This document shows, in pieces, positions 7,983-17,355 of a stretch of DNA of 47,965 nucleotides. The notes below the pieces were generated by a model that saw nothing but the letters and a program-made list of their open reading frames with translations, searched no databases and had not been told where the DNA came from. Position 1 is the stretch's first letter. Each line of letters starts with the position of its first letter. Origin of the DNA: Acidobacteriota bacterium (GTDB taxonomy: Bacteria; Acidobacteriota; Vicinamibacteria; Vicinamibacterales; 2-12-FULL-66-21). The DNA lies in NCBI GenBank assembly GCA_031404215.1, contig JANNHC010000361.1, positions 1 through 47,965 on the forward strand. Direction: 5' to 3'. Both the position numbers and the translations under genes were made by a program.

Positions 7983-9098
7983 GTGAGGGTCCTGCATGTC
8001 GCGAGCGGACGTCTCTACGGCGGCATCGAGCGCATGCTGGTGACGCTGGCTGAATTGGCGGACCTTCCGGGTGGGCTGGCGTTCGATTTCGCGGTGGCGG
8101 CGGACGGCCGGCTCTCTGGAGAATTACGCGATCGAGGCGTGTCGGTCGAGCCGCTCGGACACGTCAGGTTGAGCCGTCCGGCGTCTGTCCTCCGCGCCCG
8201 CCAGCGCCTGCGCGCGAAGCTGCGCCAGCATCCCTACGGCGCGGTGGTGTGCCACGCACCCTGGTCGCACGCCCTGTTTGGCGGCGTCGCGCAGTCCTGC
8301 CACATCCCCTGCGTGCTCTGGCAGCACGACCGCGCGACCGGCAGATCCCTCGTCGAGCGGGCCTCGCGCGCGATTGCCGCGGACCTCGTCATTTGTAACA
8401 GCAACTGGACCGCGGAGAGCGCGCCGGCGTTGCAGCCGAAGGCTCCCCGTCGCGTCGTCTACTGCCCCGTGAAACCGGAGAGCGCGACGACGGACGATCG
8501 CCTCGACGTTCGAATGGCGGAGGGCGCGTCTCCCTCGGATATTGTCGTCCTTGCCGCGAGCCGGCTCGAACCGTGGAAGGGGCACCTGGAACTGATTCGC
8601 GCGCTCGCGCGACTCACCTCACTGCCGTGGACGCTCTGGATCGCCGGCGGCGCGCAGCGGCCTCATGAGCGCGCGTATGCGGGGGCCATCGAAGCTGAAT
8701 CGCGGCGCCTCGGTCTTGCGCATCGCGTGCGGCTGCTAGGTGAGCGGCGCGACGTTCGCCGTTGCATGGCGGGCGCGGACCTGCTCGCGCAAGCCAACCT
8801 GGAACCTGAACCGTTCGGCGTGGTGTTCGCCGAAGCGCTCTGTGCCAGCCTTCCGGTGGTGACGATCCGGATGGGCGGCGCACCGGAAATCGTGGACGAC
8901 TCCTGCGGCCGTCTTGTCGATCCGGGGAATCCCGAAGCGCTCACGGTGGCGCTCCACGATCTGGTCTCAAATGCGGCGCTCCGCGCGCGGCTTGGCGCCG
9001 CTGGTCCCGCGCACGCCGCGGCCCGCTGCGATCCGTCGGTCGTACTCCCGCGCCTCGCGGCCGCGCTGCTCTCGGTCAGCGTTCCGACCGCGGCATGA
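7983..9098 (+). CDS. glycosyltransferase family 4 (GT-B)
   Basis: N-terminus VRVLHVASGRLYGGIERML and an EX7E region (EPEPFGVVFAEALCASLPVV). The ORF track starts at TTG 7884; the GTG at 7983 gives the typical GT4 N-terminus. Start is uncertain. Confidence 0.85.
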   Translation: MRVLHVASGRLYGGIERMLVTLAELADLPGGLAFDFAVAADGRLSGELRDRGVSVEPLGHVRLSRPASVLRARQRLRAKLRQHPYGAVVCHAPWSHALFGGVAQSCHIPCVLWQHDRATGRSLVERASRAIAADLVICNSNWTAESAPALQPKAPRRVVYCPVKPESATTDDRLDVRMAEGASPSDIVVLAASRLEPWKGHLELIRALARLTSLPWTLWIAGGAQRPHERAYAGAIEAESRRLGLAHRVRLLGERRDVRRCMAGADLLAQANLEPEPFGVVFAEALCASLPVVTIRMGGAPEIVDDSCGRLVDPGNPEALTVALHDLVSNAALRARLGAAGPAHAAARCDPSVVLPRLAAALLSVSVPTAA

Positions 9099-9790
9099 CG
9101 GGCCCCTGCGATCCCGCGCTCCGGTCTCGCGCGCGGCAGAGCCTCGGCGGGAGCGGCGCGGCGATTTACGCGGCGGCCGTGCACGCGCTGCGGCGGCGGT
9201 CGGCTCACGGCGCGGTCGTGGATGTCGGGTGCGGCACGGGGCGGCTGAAGGCACTACTCGGGGATCTCGCGAACTCCTACATCGGCGTGGACGCGGTGCG
9301 ATACGACGGGTTTCCGCCCGACGCCCGATTCTTCACGGCCGATTTGAACCGCGACGCGATTCCCGTCGCTGACGACTCGGCTGACATCGCGGCCTCGCTT
9401 GAAACGATCGAGCATCTCGAGAACCCGCGCGCGTTCTTCAGGGAGCTCGTGCGTATCCTCAGGCCCGGGGGCTGGCTGCTGGTCACCACCCCCAATCAAC
9501 GGAGTCTCGTGAGCCTGGGCGCGCTCCTGCTGAAAGAACACTTCTCCGCGTTTCGAGACAACAGCTATCCTGCGCACCAGACGGCGCTTCTCGATACCGA
9601 TCTGCGCAGAATTGCCGCCGAGAATGCGCTCGAGGACATCACCATTCAATTCACCGGCGCGGGTCGGATCCCGTTCGCGGCCGCGTGCTATCCCGCGTTC
9701 GTATCGGGCCTGTTCCCACGTGCGCTCTCCGACAACGTGCTCGTGGTCGCGCGCAAGGCGTTGATGAGCAGAACCCGCCATGCGGATTAG
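9095..9790 (+). CDS. class I SAM-dependent methyltransferase
   Basis: Motif I VVDVGCGTGRL, plus IEHLENPRAFFRELVRILRPGGWLLVTTPN. ATGA overlap with the upstream GT. Confidence 0.85.
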   Translation: MTGPCDPALRSRARQSLGGSGAAIYAAAVHALRRRSAHGAVVDVGCGTGRLKALLGDLANSYIGVDAVRYDGFPPDARFFTADLNRDAIPVADDSADIAASLETIEHLENPRAFFRELVRILRPGGWLLVTTPNQRSLVSLGALLLKEHFSAFRDNSYPAHQTALLDTDLRRIAAENALEDITIQFTGAGRIPFAAACYPAFVSGLFPRALSDNVLVVARKALMSRTRHAD

Positions 9791-11018
9791 CTGGCTCAGC
9801 GTGTCCGATCAGCTGGGCGGATCCGAGGTGGCGCTGCTGGGGATGATTACGTGGCTTCGCGCTGCGCGCCCGGGCTGGGATTTCCAGGTGGTGCTGCCGG
9901 GACATGGCCCGTTGCAAGGCCGCCTGGAGGCCGCCGGCGTCTTGTGCTCCGTGGTGCCGATGCCGCCCGCGCTGGGCCGTGTCGGCGAGTCGGCTGCCGT
10001 TCGTGAGCGCTGGAGTCCCGCCGCCACGCTCCTGCTCGGGCTGCGACTCTGCGCCGGCGTGGCCGCGCTGCGCTCATACCAGGCGCGTCTGCGCCGAACG
10101 CTGTCCGAGTTCCAGCCCGACATCATTCACACCAACGGCCTGAAGGCGCACGTGCTCGGCGCACGGGTACGGCTGCCGCGCGAGGCGGTCGTGTGGCACA
10201 TGCACGAATACGTCGCACGGCGGCGGCTGACGGGCTGGCTGCTTCGGCGATATGCGAGCCAATGCGACGCCATCGTCGCGAACTCAGACAGCGTGGCCGC
10301 CGACGTCGTCTCGATCCTTCCCGAGCCGCCTCCTGTGCATGTCGTGCGAAACGCCGTGGACCTGAACGCATTCGCCCCCGCCGGGCCCCGCCTGGACCTC
10401 GACGCGCTCGCGGGGCTGCCCGCGGCCCCCCCGGACGTGACGCGGGTCGGGCTCGTCGCCACATTCGCGCTGTGGAAAGGACACGACGTGTTTCTCGATG
10501 CCCTGCAGCGCGTCTCCACGTCCCGGCCGATCCGGGGCTACATCATCGGCGGCCCGCTGTATGACACTTCCGGCAGCCAGTACACGAGACGCAATCTGGA
10601 ATCCATGATCGGCGCGCGCGCGCTTCACTCGCGCGTGGGGCTGACCGGCTTCCTCGATCCGGCCCCCGCGATGCGCTCCCTGGACGTCCTCGTGCACGCG
10701 AGCCGCGATCCGGAGCCGTTCGGTCTGGTCATCGCCGAAGCGATGGCATGCGGGCGCCCCGTGGTGACGACGGCGAATGGGGGCGCCGCCGAGCTCGTCG
10801 AGGCCGGGCGGGACGCGCTCGTGGCTCCCTCCGGCGACGTGAAGGCGCTGGCCGCGGCAATCGACCGGCTCGCCGCCGATCCGGCGCTCCGCGAGTCGAT
10901 AGGCGCGCGCGCGCGTGCCGCCGCGGTCGCGCGGTTCGCCCCCGATCGAATGGCTGCGGACCTGGCGCGCGTGTTCGAAACCGTGCGCCCCCGCCCGCCG
11001 CTGGAGCAATCAGTATGA
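9780..11018 (+). CDS. glycosyltransferase family 4
   Basis: 412 aa. MRISWLSVSDQLGGSEVALL N-terminus and EX7E region (DPEPFGLVIAEAMACGRPVVTTANGGAAELV). 11-nt overlap with the upstream gene. Confidence 0.9.
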   Translation: MRISWLSVSDQLGGSEVALLGMITWLRAARPGWDFQVVLPGHGPLQGRLEAAGVLCSVVPMPPALGRVGESAAVRERWSPAATLLLGLRLCAGVAALRSYQARLRRTLSEFQPDIIHTNGLKAHVLGARVRLPREAVVWHMHEYVARRRLTGWLLRRYASQCDAIVANSDSVAADVVSILPEPPPVHVVRNAVDLNAFAPAGPRLDLDALAGLPAAPPDVTRVGLVATFALWKGHDVFLDALQRVSTSRPIRGYIIGGPLYDTSGSQYTRRNLESMIGARALHSRVGLTGFLDPAPAMRSLDVLVHASRDPEPFGLVIAEAMACGRPVVTTANGGAAELVEAGRDALVAPSGDVKALAAAIDRLAADPALRESIGARARAAAVARFAPDRMAADLARVFETVRPRPPLEQSV

Positions 11019-12388
11019 AGGCGGTCACCGCGCTGGCGAATGGCACGGCGACGGCGTCGGGCGCGCCCGCCCGCACGGAGCGCTGGGGCTTTCCAGAGTT
11101 CTTCGTCATCAGTCAGACCGCCATTCCCGCGCTGCTGTATCTGCCGGGCAGCCAGCAATTCCGCCTGTATATCCGGATCGCGTCCTTTGCGATCTCCTTC
11201 GCGACCCTCCTGTGGTGGGCGGGCGCCGTCGCCAAAACGTCGCGCCCGCATCAGGCGCAGCCGTGGATTCTCGGGTGTATGGCGTACCTCGTCGTCATGT
11301 TCTTTCACCCGCTGACCTCGTCCGCCTTGGTCGGGCTGGCGCAGTTGGTCCTGTATTTGTCCGTGATCGCGCCCATGTTCTGGGCCGGCACGTTCGTACG
11401 GACGCCCGAACGCCTGGCGCGCCTGATGGCACTGCTGCTCATCTGCAACGGCCTGAACGCGCTCGTCGGCGTTCTCCAGGTTTACGACCCGGCGCGGTGG
11501 ATGCCGCCGGAAATGTCCCGGCTCATGAGCGAGTCGCTGTACGGACTCGACACCGTGACGTATCGCGGCCCCGACGGACGACTGATTGTGCGGCCGCCAG
11601 GCCTGTTCGATACGCCAGGCGCGGTGGCGGGCCCCGGCATGTATGCGGCACTGCTGGGGCTCGTGTTCGCCAGCAGCGCGATTGCGTGGTGGAAACGGCT
11701 CGCGGCGCTCGGCGCATCGTTTGCGGGAATCGCGGCGATTTACCTGAGCCAGGTACGGGTGTCTCTCATCGTCTCGGTGCTGATGCTGGCGACGTACTTC
11801 GCCGTGCTGATGGTGCAGGAGCGCAAGTCGCGCGCGATGTTCTTCGGGGGCATCGCCGCCGGCATTGTCGTCACGACGTTCTCGTTCGCGCTGATGCTCG
11901 GAGGAGAGACCATCGCGGAGCGGACGTTCACGCTCTTCGCGCAGGACCCGGTCGCCCTGTACGCGGGCTCCCGGGGAGGTCAGCTCGCCTACACGTTCGG
12001 CGAGCTCCTGCAGAAATATCCAATGGGCGCCGGCTTGGGACGATGGGGAATGATCGCCGTGTATTTCGGGTCCGGTGCGGCGCCAGACGCACAGCCCCTG
12101 TGGGTGGAGATTCAGGTGGCCGGCTGGGCGATCGACGGCGGTATCGTGCTCTTGTTTCTCTCTGTCGGCGCGTTGGTTGTCACGCTCGCGACCGAGGCTC
12201 ACATCGCGCGCACCGACCGCGACGCCAGAGTACGCGCGTGCGCGGCGGTGGTGCTCGCGGCCAACCTGGGGACCGCGGCGCTCATCTTCACGTTTACGCC
12301 GTTCGTCACGCAGATCGGGCTCCTGTTCTGGTTTCTCGCCGGGGCGCTGCACGGTCTGATTGCGGCCCGCGGGCCGGCCCGCGTATGA
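11015..12388 (+). CDS. Wzy-like polysaccharide polymerase / O-antigen-ligase-like multi-pass membrane protein
   Basis: Starts at ATG 11015 (ATGA overlap). About 10 or more hydrophobic helices, and a large loop containing RPPGLFDTPG and a GAGLGRWG motif typical of Wzy/O-antigen polymerases. The upstream part of ORF 10748-12388 is Arg-rich off-frame sequence. Confidence 0.75.
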   Translation: MKAVTALANGTATASGAPARTERWGFPEFFVISQTAIPALLYLPGSQQFRLYIRIASFAISFATLLWWAGAVAKTSRPHQAQPWILGCMAYLVVMFFHPLTSSALVGLAQLVLYLSVIAPMFWAGTFVRTPERLARLMALLLICNGLNALVGVLQVYDPARWMPPEMSRLMSESLYGLDTVTYRGPDGRLIVRPPGLFDTPGAVAGPGMYAALLGLVFASSAIAWWKRLAALGASFAGIAAIYLSQVRVSLIVSVLMLATYFAVLMVQERKSRAMFFGGIAAGIVVTTFSFALMLGGETIAERTFTLFAQDPVALYAGSRGGQLAYTFGELLQKYPMGAGLGRWGMIAVYFGSGAAPDAQPLWVEIQVAGWAIDGGIVLLFLSVGALVVTLATEAHIARTDRDARVRACAAVVLAANLGTAALIFTFTPFVTQIGLLFWFLAGALHGLIAARGPARV

Positions 12389-13515
12389 CGCCCTGGCTGC
12401 TGGCGTCCGGTGACTTCGTGCCGGTCGGCGGAATGGACACGGCCAACCATGCGCTGGCGTCGTATCTCGCCCGCCGCGGAGAGGGTGACGTCCACTTGGT
12501 CGCCCACCGTGTCTCACCCGATTTGTCCGCGCTTCCCGGCGTTCACGTGCATCACGTGCCCCGCCCGTTCGGTGCACACAGCCTCGGAGAGCCGCTGCTC
12601 ACCACGATGGCCGCGAAGCACGCGCGCCGTGTGCTGGCGGCCGGCGGACACGTCGTGGCCAATGGCGGCAACATCGACGCCGGTGACGTGTCGTGGGCGC
12701 ACTACGTGCACGCCGCGTACACGCCGTCGGCGGCTGGCGTCGTGCGCTCCGCGATTGTCGCGACGCGGCATCGGCGCTACGCCGCGTCCGAACGGCGCGC
12801 GCTGACGCGGGCGCGCCTGATCGTCTGCAACAGCGACAGGACCGTAGACGACCTTGTCCAGCGCGTCGGCGTCGATCCCGTGCGCGCCCGGCGCGTCTAC
12901 TACGGGATCGATCCCCTCCGCTTTCTGCCGCCCGTCGATTCGTCGCGAGCGAAAGCCACGCTCGGATACGACGCCCACAGCCCGCTCGTCTTGTTCGTTG
13001 GCGCTCTGGGCGATCGGCGAAAGGGGTTCGACACGCTGTTTTCCGCATGGTGCGAGCTTTGCCGCCGTTCAGACTGGGATGCCCAGTTGCTCGTCGCCGG
13101 CAGCGGCGCGGAGCTGGACGCGTGGCGGGCACGAGCGGCACGGAGCGGGAGTGCGGCAAACCGCACGACGTTTCTCGGTTATCGGACGGACGTCCCGGCG
13201 CTGATGGCCGCTGCCGACCTGCTGGTGCACCCCGCGCGTTACGAAGCGTATGGGCTCGCGGTGCACGAAGCGCTGTGCTGCGGCGTACCCGCTGTCGTCT
13301 CGGGATCAGCAGGCGTGGCCGAGCGATTCCCGGATGGCCTGCGTCCGCTTCTGCTTCACGACACCGACAGCCCAACCGAACTGGCGGCCCGCCTGCGCAC
13401 ATGGCGCGATGGGAAGGACAGCTTCAGGGCGCGTGCGCTGGCGTTCGGCGCCGTGCTCCGGGGACGAACGTGGGACGACATGTCGCGGGACATCGTCGCG
13501 ATGGCCGGATCGTGA
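12385..13515 (+). CDS. glycosyltransferase family 4
   Basis: ATG 12385 (ATGA overlap) gives MTPWLLASGDFVPVGGMDTANHALASYL. EX7E region ARYEAYGLAVHEALCCGVPAVVSGSAG. Only the last 376 codons of ORF 10915-13515 look like protein. Confidence 0.85.
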   Translation: MTPWLLASGDFVPVGGMDTANHALASYLARRGEGDVHLVAHRVSPDLSALPGVHVHHVPRPFGAHSLGEPLLTTMAAKHARRVLAAGGHVVANGGNIDAGDVSWAHYVHAAYTPSAAGVVRSAIVATRHRRYAASERRALTRARLIVCNSDRTVDDLVQRVGVDPVRARRVYYGIDPLRFLPPVDSSRAKATLGYDAHSPLVLFVGALGDRRKGFDTLFSAWCELCRRSDWDAQLLVAGSGAELDAWRARAARSGSAANRTTFLGYRTDVPALMAAADLLVHPARYEAYGLAVHEALCCGVPAVVSGSAGVAERFPDGLRPLLLHDTDSPTELAARLRTWRDGKDSFRARALAFGAVLRGRTWDDMSRDIVAMAGS

Positions 13516-14450
13516 CGCCCGCCGGCTTCGTCGACGTCGGCGCCTGCCGGGTCTGCGGCGGCCATGCGCTCGTACGCATCCACGAGGCGATCCTGGACCT
13601 CGACGTCTACCGTGATCAGCATCCGCAGCTGGCCGAGTACACCGGCGCGACGGTGTGGTTCCGCCGGTGCGACGCGTGCGGGTTCACGCAACCGGAGCGG
13701 CTGCCGTCTCTTGCCGGATTTTTCGATCGACTCTACGACCAGCTGTGGTCCCCGGACTGGGTCCGGCAGGAGTTCGAGAGCGACTACAAGGATCTGATCT
13801 TTCGAACGGTACTGGCGGGACTCGCCCGCCGAAGGACAGGGGGCACGCGACTTCTCGACGTCGGCGCGCACGCCGGACGCTTCATGCACCTCGCGCAGAA
13901 GGCCGGGTGGGATCCCGAAGGCATCGAGCTCAATCCACGCACCGCCGCATTTGCGGCCGACCGAACGGGATTGCCGATCCATTCCGTCAACGTCGAGCGA
14001 CTGGTACTCGCGGGGCAGCGTTACGGCGCGGTGACGCTCATCGACGTGCTCGAGCACGTGCCGGACCCCGTCACCCTCCTCTCGCGGATTCATGATGCCC
14101 TGGAGCCCGGCGGCTGGGTCGTGATCAAAGTGCCGTGCGGTCCTGCACAGCGCCAGAAGGAGAACATCCGGGCGCGCCTCCGCCGGGGCTACCGCCCGCG
14201 GCTTGCCGACAATCTGGTGCACGTGAATCATTTTTCGCCGGGTTCGCTTCGCACGGCGCTCGAGCGAGCCGGGTTCCGTGATGTCGGGATGACAATCGGA
14301 CCCCCGGAACTGCCCGCCGCGCCCGGCGTCACCGCGCTCGTCTCCAACCTTGTGCGCCGCGCGCTCTATCGCGCAGGCCGCCTGTTACCGGGCGGCATCC
14401 ACACTCCGCTCGCGCTCAACCTGCTGGCGTACGCGCGGCGGGCATCGTGA
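13512..14450 (+). CDS. class I SAM-dependent methyltransferase with N-terminal CxxC...CxxC zinc-ribbon
   Basis: GTG 13512 (GTGA overlap). CRVCGG...RRCDACGFTQ is followed by LLDVGAHAGRF and IDVLEHVPDPVTLLSRIHDALEPGGWVVIKVP. Confidence 0.85.
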   Translation: MTPAGFVDVGACRVCGGHALVRIHEAILDLDVYRDQHPQLAEYTGATVWFRRCDACGFTQPERLPSLAGFFDRLYDQLWSPDWVRQEFESDYKDLIFRTVLAGLARRRTGGTRLLDVGAHAGRFMHLAQKAGWDPEGIELNPRTAAFAADRTGLPIHSVNVERLVLAGQRYGAVTLIDVLEHVPDPVTLLSRIHDALEPGGWVVIKVPCGPAQRQKENIRARLRRGYRPRLADNLVHVNHFSPGSLRTALERAGFRDVGMTIGPPELPAAPGVTALVSNLVRRALYRAGRLLPGGIHTPLALNLLAYARRAS

Positions 14451-15229
14451 CCATTCCTTCGCCCAACGCGCCGCCTGCGCTGTCGGTGGTCATTCCCACC
14501 TTCAACAACGAAGCGATTGTCCGGCGGAGCGTCGAAAGCTGGCGCGCGCATGCGGCGGGCCAGCCGGTCGAGCTTCTCATCGTGGAGGACGGATGCCGCG
14601 ACGGCACGCGGAGCTTCCTCGAGGAAACAGCGCGCACCCCTTGGGGGCAGGCCCACCTGCGCTGGATCCACATGGACGACGCCCACGAGCTGCGATGCAC
14701 GAATGCCGGGTTTGCCGCCGCGCGTGGAGCGCTTGTGGCGGCATGGCAGGACGACATGTTCCTTCGCGCCGGCTGGCTGGTGCCCGAGCTGATCGCGATT
14801 TTCAACCGGCACGCGGATATCGGGCTTCTCGGATTGAGTCGCGGTCTGAACATGTACCCGGTGGCCGAGCCGGTCGATCGATGGGAAGACCTGCTCGACT
14901 GGCGGCGACTGCAGAGCACCATCGGATCCTTTCCCTGGAACTGGCTTCGCATCCAGGAGGTTGACAGCATTGTCCGTCCCTGGGTGATCCGCCGCGAGTG
15001 TCTCGACCGCGCGGGCGCGCTCGACGAGGCCTTCGTGCCGACGGAATGGGACGAAGCGGACCTGGCCTTCCGCGTTCGGGCAGCGGGGTGGAAGGTCGCG
15101 ACGTGCGGGTACGAACGCCTGGGGGCGTACTCACACCTGGGGAGCAGCACCGTGGGAACGCTGTCCGACGCCTACAAGGCACGCGTGCTCAAGAATGGCC
15201 GCCTCTTACACCACCGGTGGGACGGCTAG
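14447..15229 (+). CDS. glycosyltransferase family 2
   Basis: 260 aa. LSVVIPTFNNEAIVRRSVESW and an (E)DGCRDGT DXD-like region. GTGA overlap with the upstream gene. Confidence 0.9.
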   Translation: MTIPSPNAPPALSVVIPTFNNEAIVRRSVESWRAHAAGQPVELLIVEDGCRDGTRSFLEETARTPWGQAHLRWIHMDDAHELRCTNAGFAAARGALVAAWQDDMFLRAGWLVPELIAIFNRHADIGLLGLSRGLNMYPVAEPVDRWEDLLDWRRLQSTIGSFPWNWLRIQEVDSIVRPWVIRRECLDRAGALDEAFVPTEWDEADLAFRVRAAGWKVATCGYERLGAYSHLGSSTVGTLSDAYKARVLKNGRLLHHRWDG

Positions 15230-15364
15230 ATTCTCCGGAGCCATGCGCGAACGCGCACGACGTGGCCGAGGCCGCTGTCGTGGACAGGATGGACGGCCAC
15301 GGGTCTCCAGGCGGTACGAGCGGTCCCAAGGCGTCTGGCGGAGCGGCGGGAACGCTGACGATCG

Positions 15365-16153
15365 ATGCGGAACCCCGCGCTCGTGGCCGCGCAACGCGCC
15401 TACGCGCTATGGCTCCGCGCCAGGTACCGGAAAACAGGCATGCCATGGCGCGTGCACGACGACATCGTTCGAATTGACCCGAGGGTCCGTCACCTCGTGC
15501 CCCATGCATCCGAAGCGGCGCTCTACCGTTTCGTCCAGCGCGAGGTTGCGCCGGGCGAGGTCGTGCTGGACGTCGGATCGTTTCTCGGTATCTACGCCGT
15601 TCTCGAGGCGCGCCGCGCGGGACCGGGAGGCCGCGTGGTCGCTCTCGAGCCCACCGCGTGGAGCGCGTCGATCGCCCGGCGTCATTTTGTCTACAACGCC
15701 GGAGCGGATGCCGCTATCACCCTGATCGAAGCGGCGGCCGGAGCCGCCCGCGGTCACGCCACGCTCTACGAATACGACGAGCCGTACGTCAACGCGCTGG
15801 CCGCGGCGGTTGACGTCGCGGGCAGCCCGATGCGCCGCATGGTGGACGTGGTGACACTGGACGAAGTCTGCAGTGAGTTGCGAATTGTTCCAACCTTCAT
15901 TCGAATGGACGTGCAGGGAGGGGAGTTCCACGCGCTTCGCGGCGCGCGCGAAACGATCCGCGCGGCCGGTCCGCGTTTGAGAATCGTCGCGGAAATGCAT
16001 CCGCAATGCTGGCCGGGGTTCGGAATCGACGCCGCGTACGCGCGCGACACGATCGCGTCCCTCGGACTGCGTGCGGCGCCGCTCGATGCGGGCGCCGAGC
16101 TCTTCGCTCGCGACGGACACGCCGTGTTCACACCGGCCGAGGCGGGCGTATGA
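15365..16153 (+). CDS. FkbM-family methyltransferase
   Basis: 262 aa. VVLDVGSFLGIYAV, VVALEPTAWSASIARRH and FIRMDVQGGEFHALRGA match the FkbM pattern. Preceded by the only sizeable internal gap of the operon (15230-15364). Confidence 0.85.
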   Translation: MRNPALVAAQRAYALWLRARYRKTGMPWRVHDDIVRIDPRVRHLVPHASEAALYRFVQREVAPGEVVLDVGSFLGIYAVLEARRAGPGGRVVALEPTAWSASIARRHFVYNAGADAAITLIEAAAGAARGHATLYEYDEPYVNALAAAVDVAGSPMRRMVDVVTLDEVCSELRIVPTFIRMDVQGGEFHALRGARETIRAAGPRLRIVAEMHPQCWPGFGIDAAYARDTIASLGLRAAPLDAGAELFARDGHAVFTPAEAGV

Positions 16154-17355
16154 AGATCGTGGTCGCCCAGGACGCACTGCACGCCGAGGGTGGAGTCGAG
16201 ACGTACCTGTCGGCCATCATTCCGGCCCTCCGCGCGCGCGGGCATGCGGTTGCGTTGCTGTTCGTGCGCAGGCGCGGCGGCACGCCACTCGTCGGCGCCG
16301 TGGACGGACCCTCGATTGCCGTCGAACCATCCGACCTCGATAAGGCGTTTGCCGAGTTGCGCAGCTGGGGAGCTGACGTCTGCTTCTCGAACAACATGGC
16401 GCCCCTCGACGTCGAGCGGCGCGCGCTCGATGAATGGCCGGTGGTGAAGTTCATGCACGGCTACTTCGGCACCTGCGTCAGCGCGCTGAAGACGCACGCA
16501 TTTCCTTCCCGCGTCGCCTGCAGCCGCACGCTGGGTCCCGCGTGTCTGGCTTTGTATGGGCCGCGACATTGCGGGCCGCTGCGCCCCGGTGCGTTTGCGA
16601 ATGGCTACCGTTGGGCCCGGGGACAGCAGCGGCTGCTCGCGCGCTACGCCGCCGTTGTCGTCGCCAGCGATCACATGGCCGAGGAGTACGCGCGGCACGG
16701 CGTACCGCGAAACCGCCTGGCGATGCTTCCGCTCTTTCCCTCGTCGACCCCGCAGCCTGCCGTCCGCGGCGCAGGTCACACGGTCCTCTTTCTCGGACGG
16801 ATGACGGATCTCAAGGGTGGCGACGTACTCATCCGGGCGGTGGCATCCGCGTCACAACGTCTGGGTCGACCGATCCCTCTCGTGATGGCGGGCGACGGTC
16901 CGCAGCGAGGCGCCTGGGAGCGCCTCGCATCTCGCGAGAGGATCCACGCTGGATTTCCCGGCTGGCTCGACACCGATCACCGCACTCTGGCCCTCTCGCG
17001 CGCCTCCGTGCTCGCGGTGCCGAGCGTGTGGCCGGAGCCGTTTGGGCTGGTCGGTCTCGAGGCCGCCGCGATGGGAGTCCCGGCGGTGGCGTTCGACACG
17101 GGCGGCATTCGTCAATGGCTGCGCCACCGCGTGAGTGGGCTGCTCGTGCCTCCGCGGGGTGGACACGTGGCGTTCGCGGAGGCGCTCGCCGAGGTGCTGG
17201 GAAACCCCGACCTCCAAGCACGCCTGAGTCGCGGCGCACTCGCGATCGCCAGCGAGATGTCGCTCGACGCCCACCTGTCGGCGCTCGTAGACGTCCTCAC
17301 GGATGCCGCGCGAGGCTCAGCTTCAACACGTACCCGGAGCGCGACGTCTCGATGA
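16150..17355 (+). CDS. glycosyltransferase family 4
   Basis: ATG 16150 (ATGA overlap) gives MKIVVAQDALHAEGGVETYL. EX7E region WPEPFGLVGLEAAAMGVPAVAFDTGGI. Confidence 0.85.
   Translation: MKIVVAQDALHAEGGVETYLSAIIPALRARGHAVALLFVRRRGGTPLVGAVDGPSIAVEPSDLDKAFAELRSWGADVCFSNNMAPLDVERRALDEWPVVKFMHGYFGTCVSALKTHAFPSRVACSRTLGPACLALYGPRHCGPLRPGAFANGYRWARGQQRLLARYAAVVVASDHMAEEYARHGVPRNRLAMLPLFPSSTPQPAVRGAGHTVLFLGRMTDLKGGDVLIRAVASASQRLGRPIPLVMAGDGPQRGAWERLASRERIHAGFPGWLDTDHRTLALSRASVLAVPSVWPEPFGLVGLEAAAMGVPAVAFDTGGIRQWLRHRVSGLLVPPRGGHVAFAEALAEVLGNPDLQARLSRGALAIASEMSLDAHLSALVDVLTDAARGSASTRTRSATSR

Noticed and set aside
10748-11014. Long N-terminal extensions offered by the ORF track for several genes (10748, 10915, 12693, 16006, 16434, 18286, 19308, 19919, 24097, 24525, 26165-27115, 34226, 34692)
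   Set aside because: The extensions are Arg/Gly/Pro-rich and overlap the preceding real gene. In each case an in-frame ATG, GTG or TTG exactly at a 1-11 nt stop/start overlap yields a family-typical N-terminus.
10625-12577. 650-aa ORF on the minus strand, antisense to the GT4/Wzy/GT4 genes
   Set aside because: The translation is dominated by Arg, Gly, Pro, Ala, Asp and Glu runs (RERRDD..., RRRRRAIRQRGD...) with no domain-like pattern. This is typical of an off-frame open reading frame in very GC-rich DNA. The plus-strand genes have clear family motifs.
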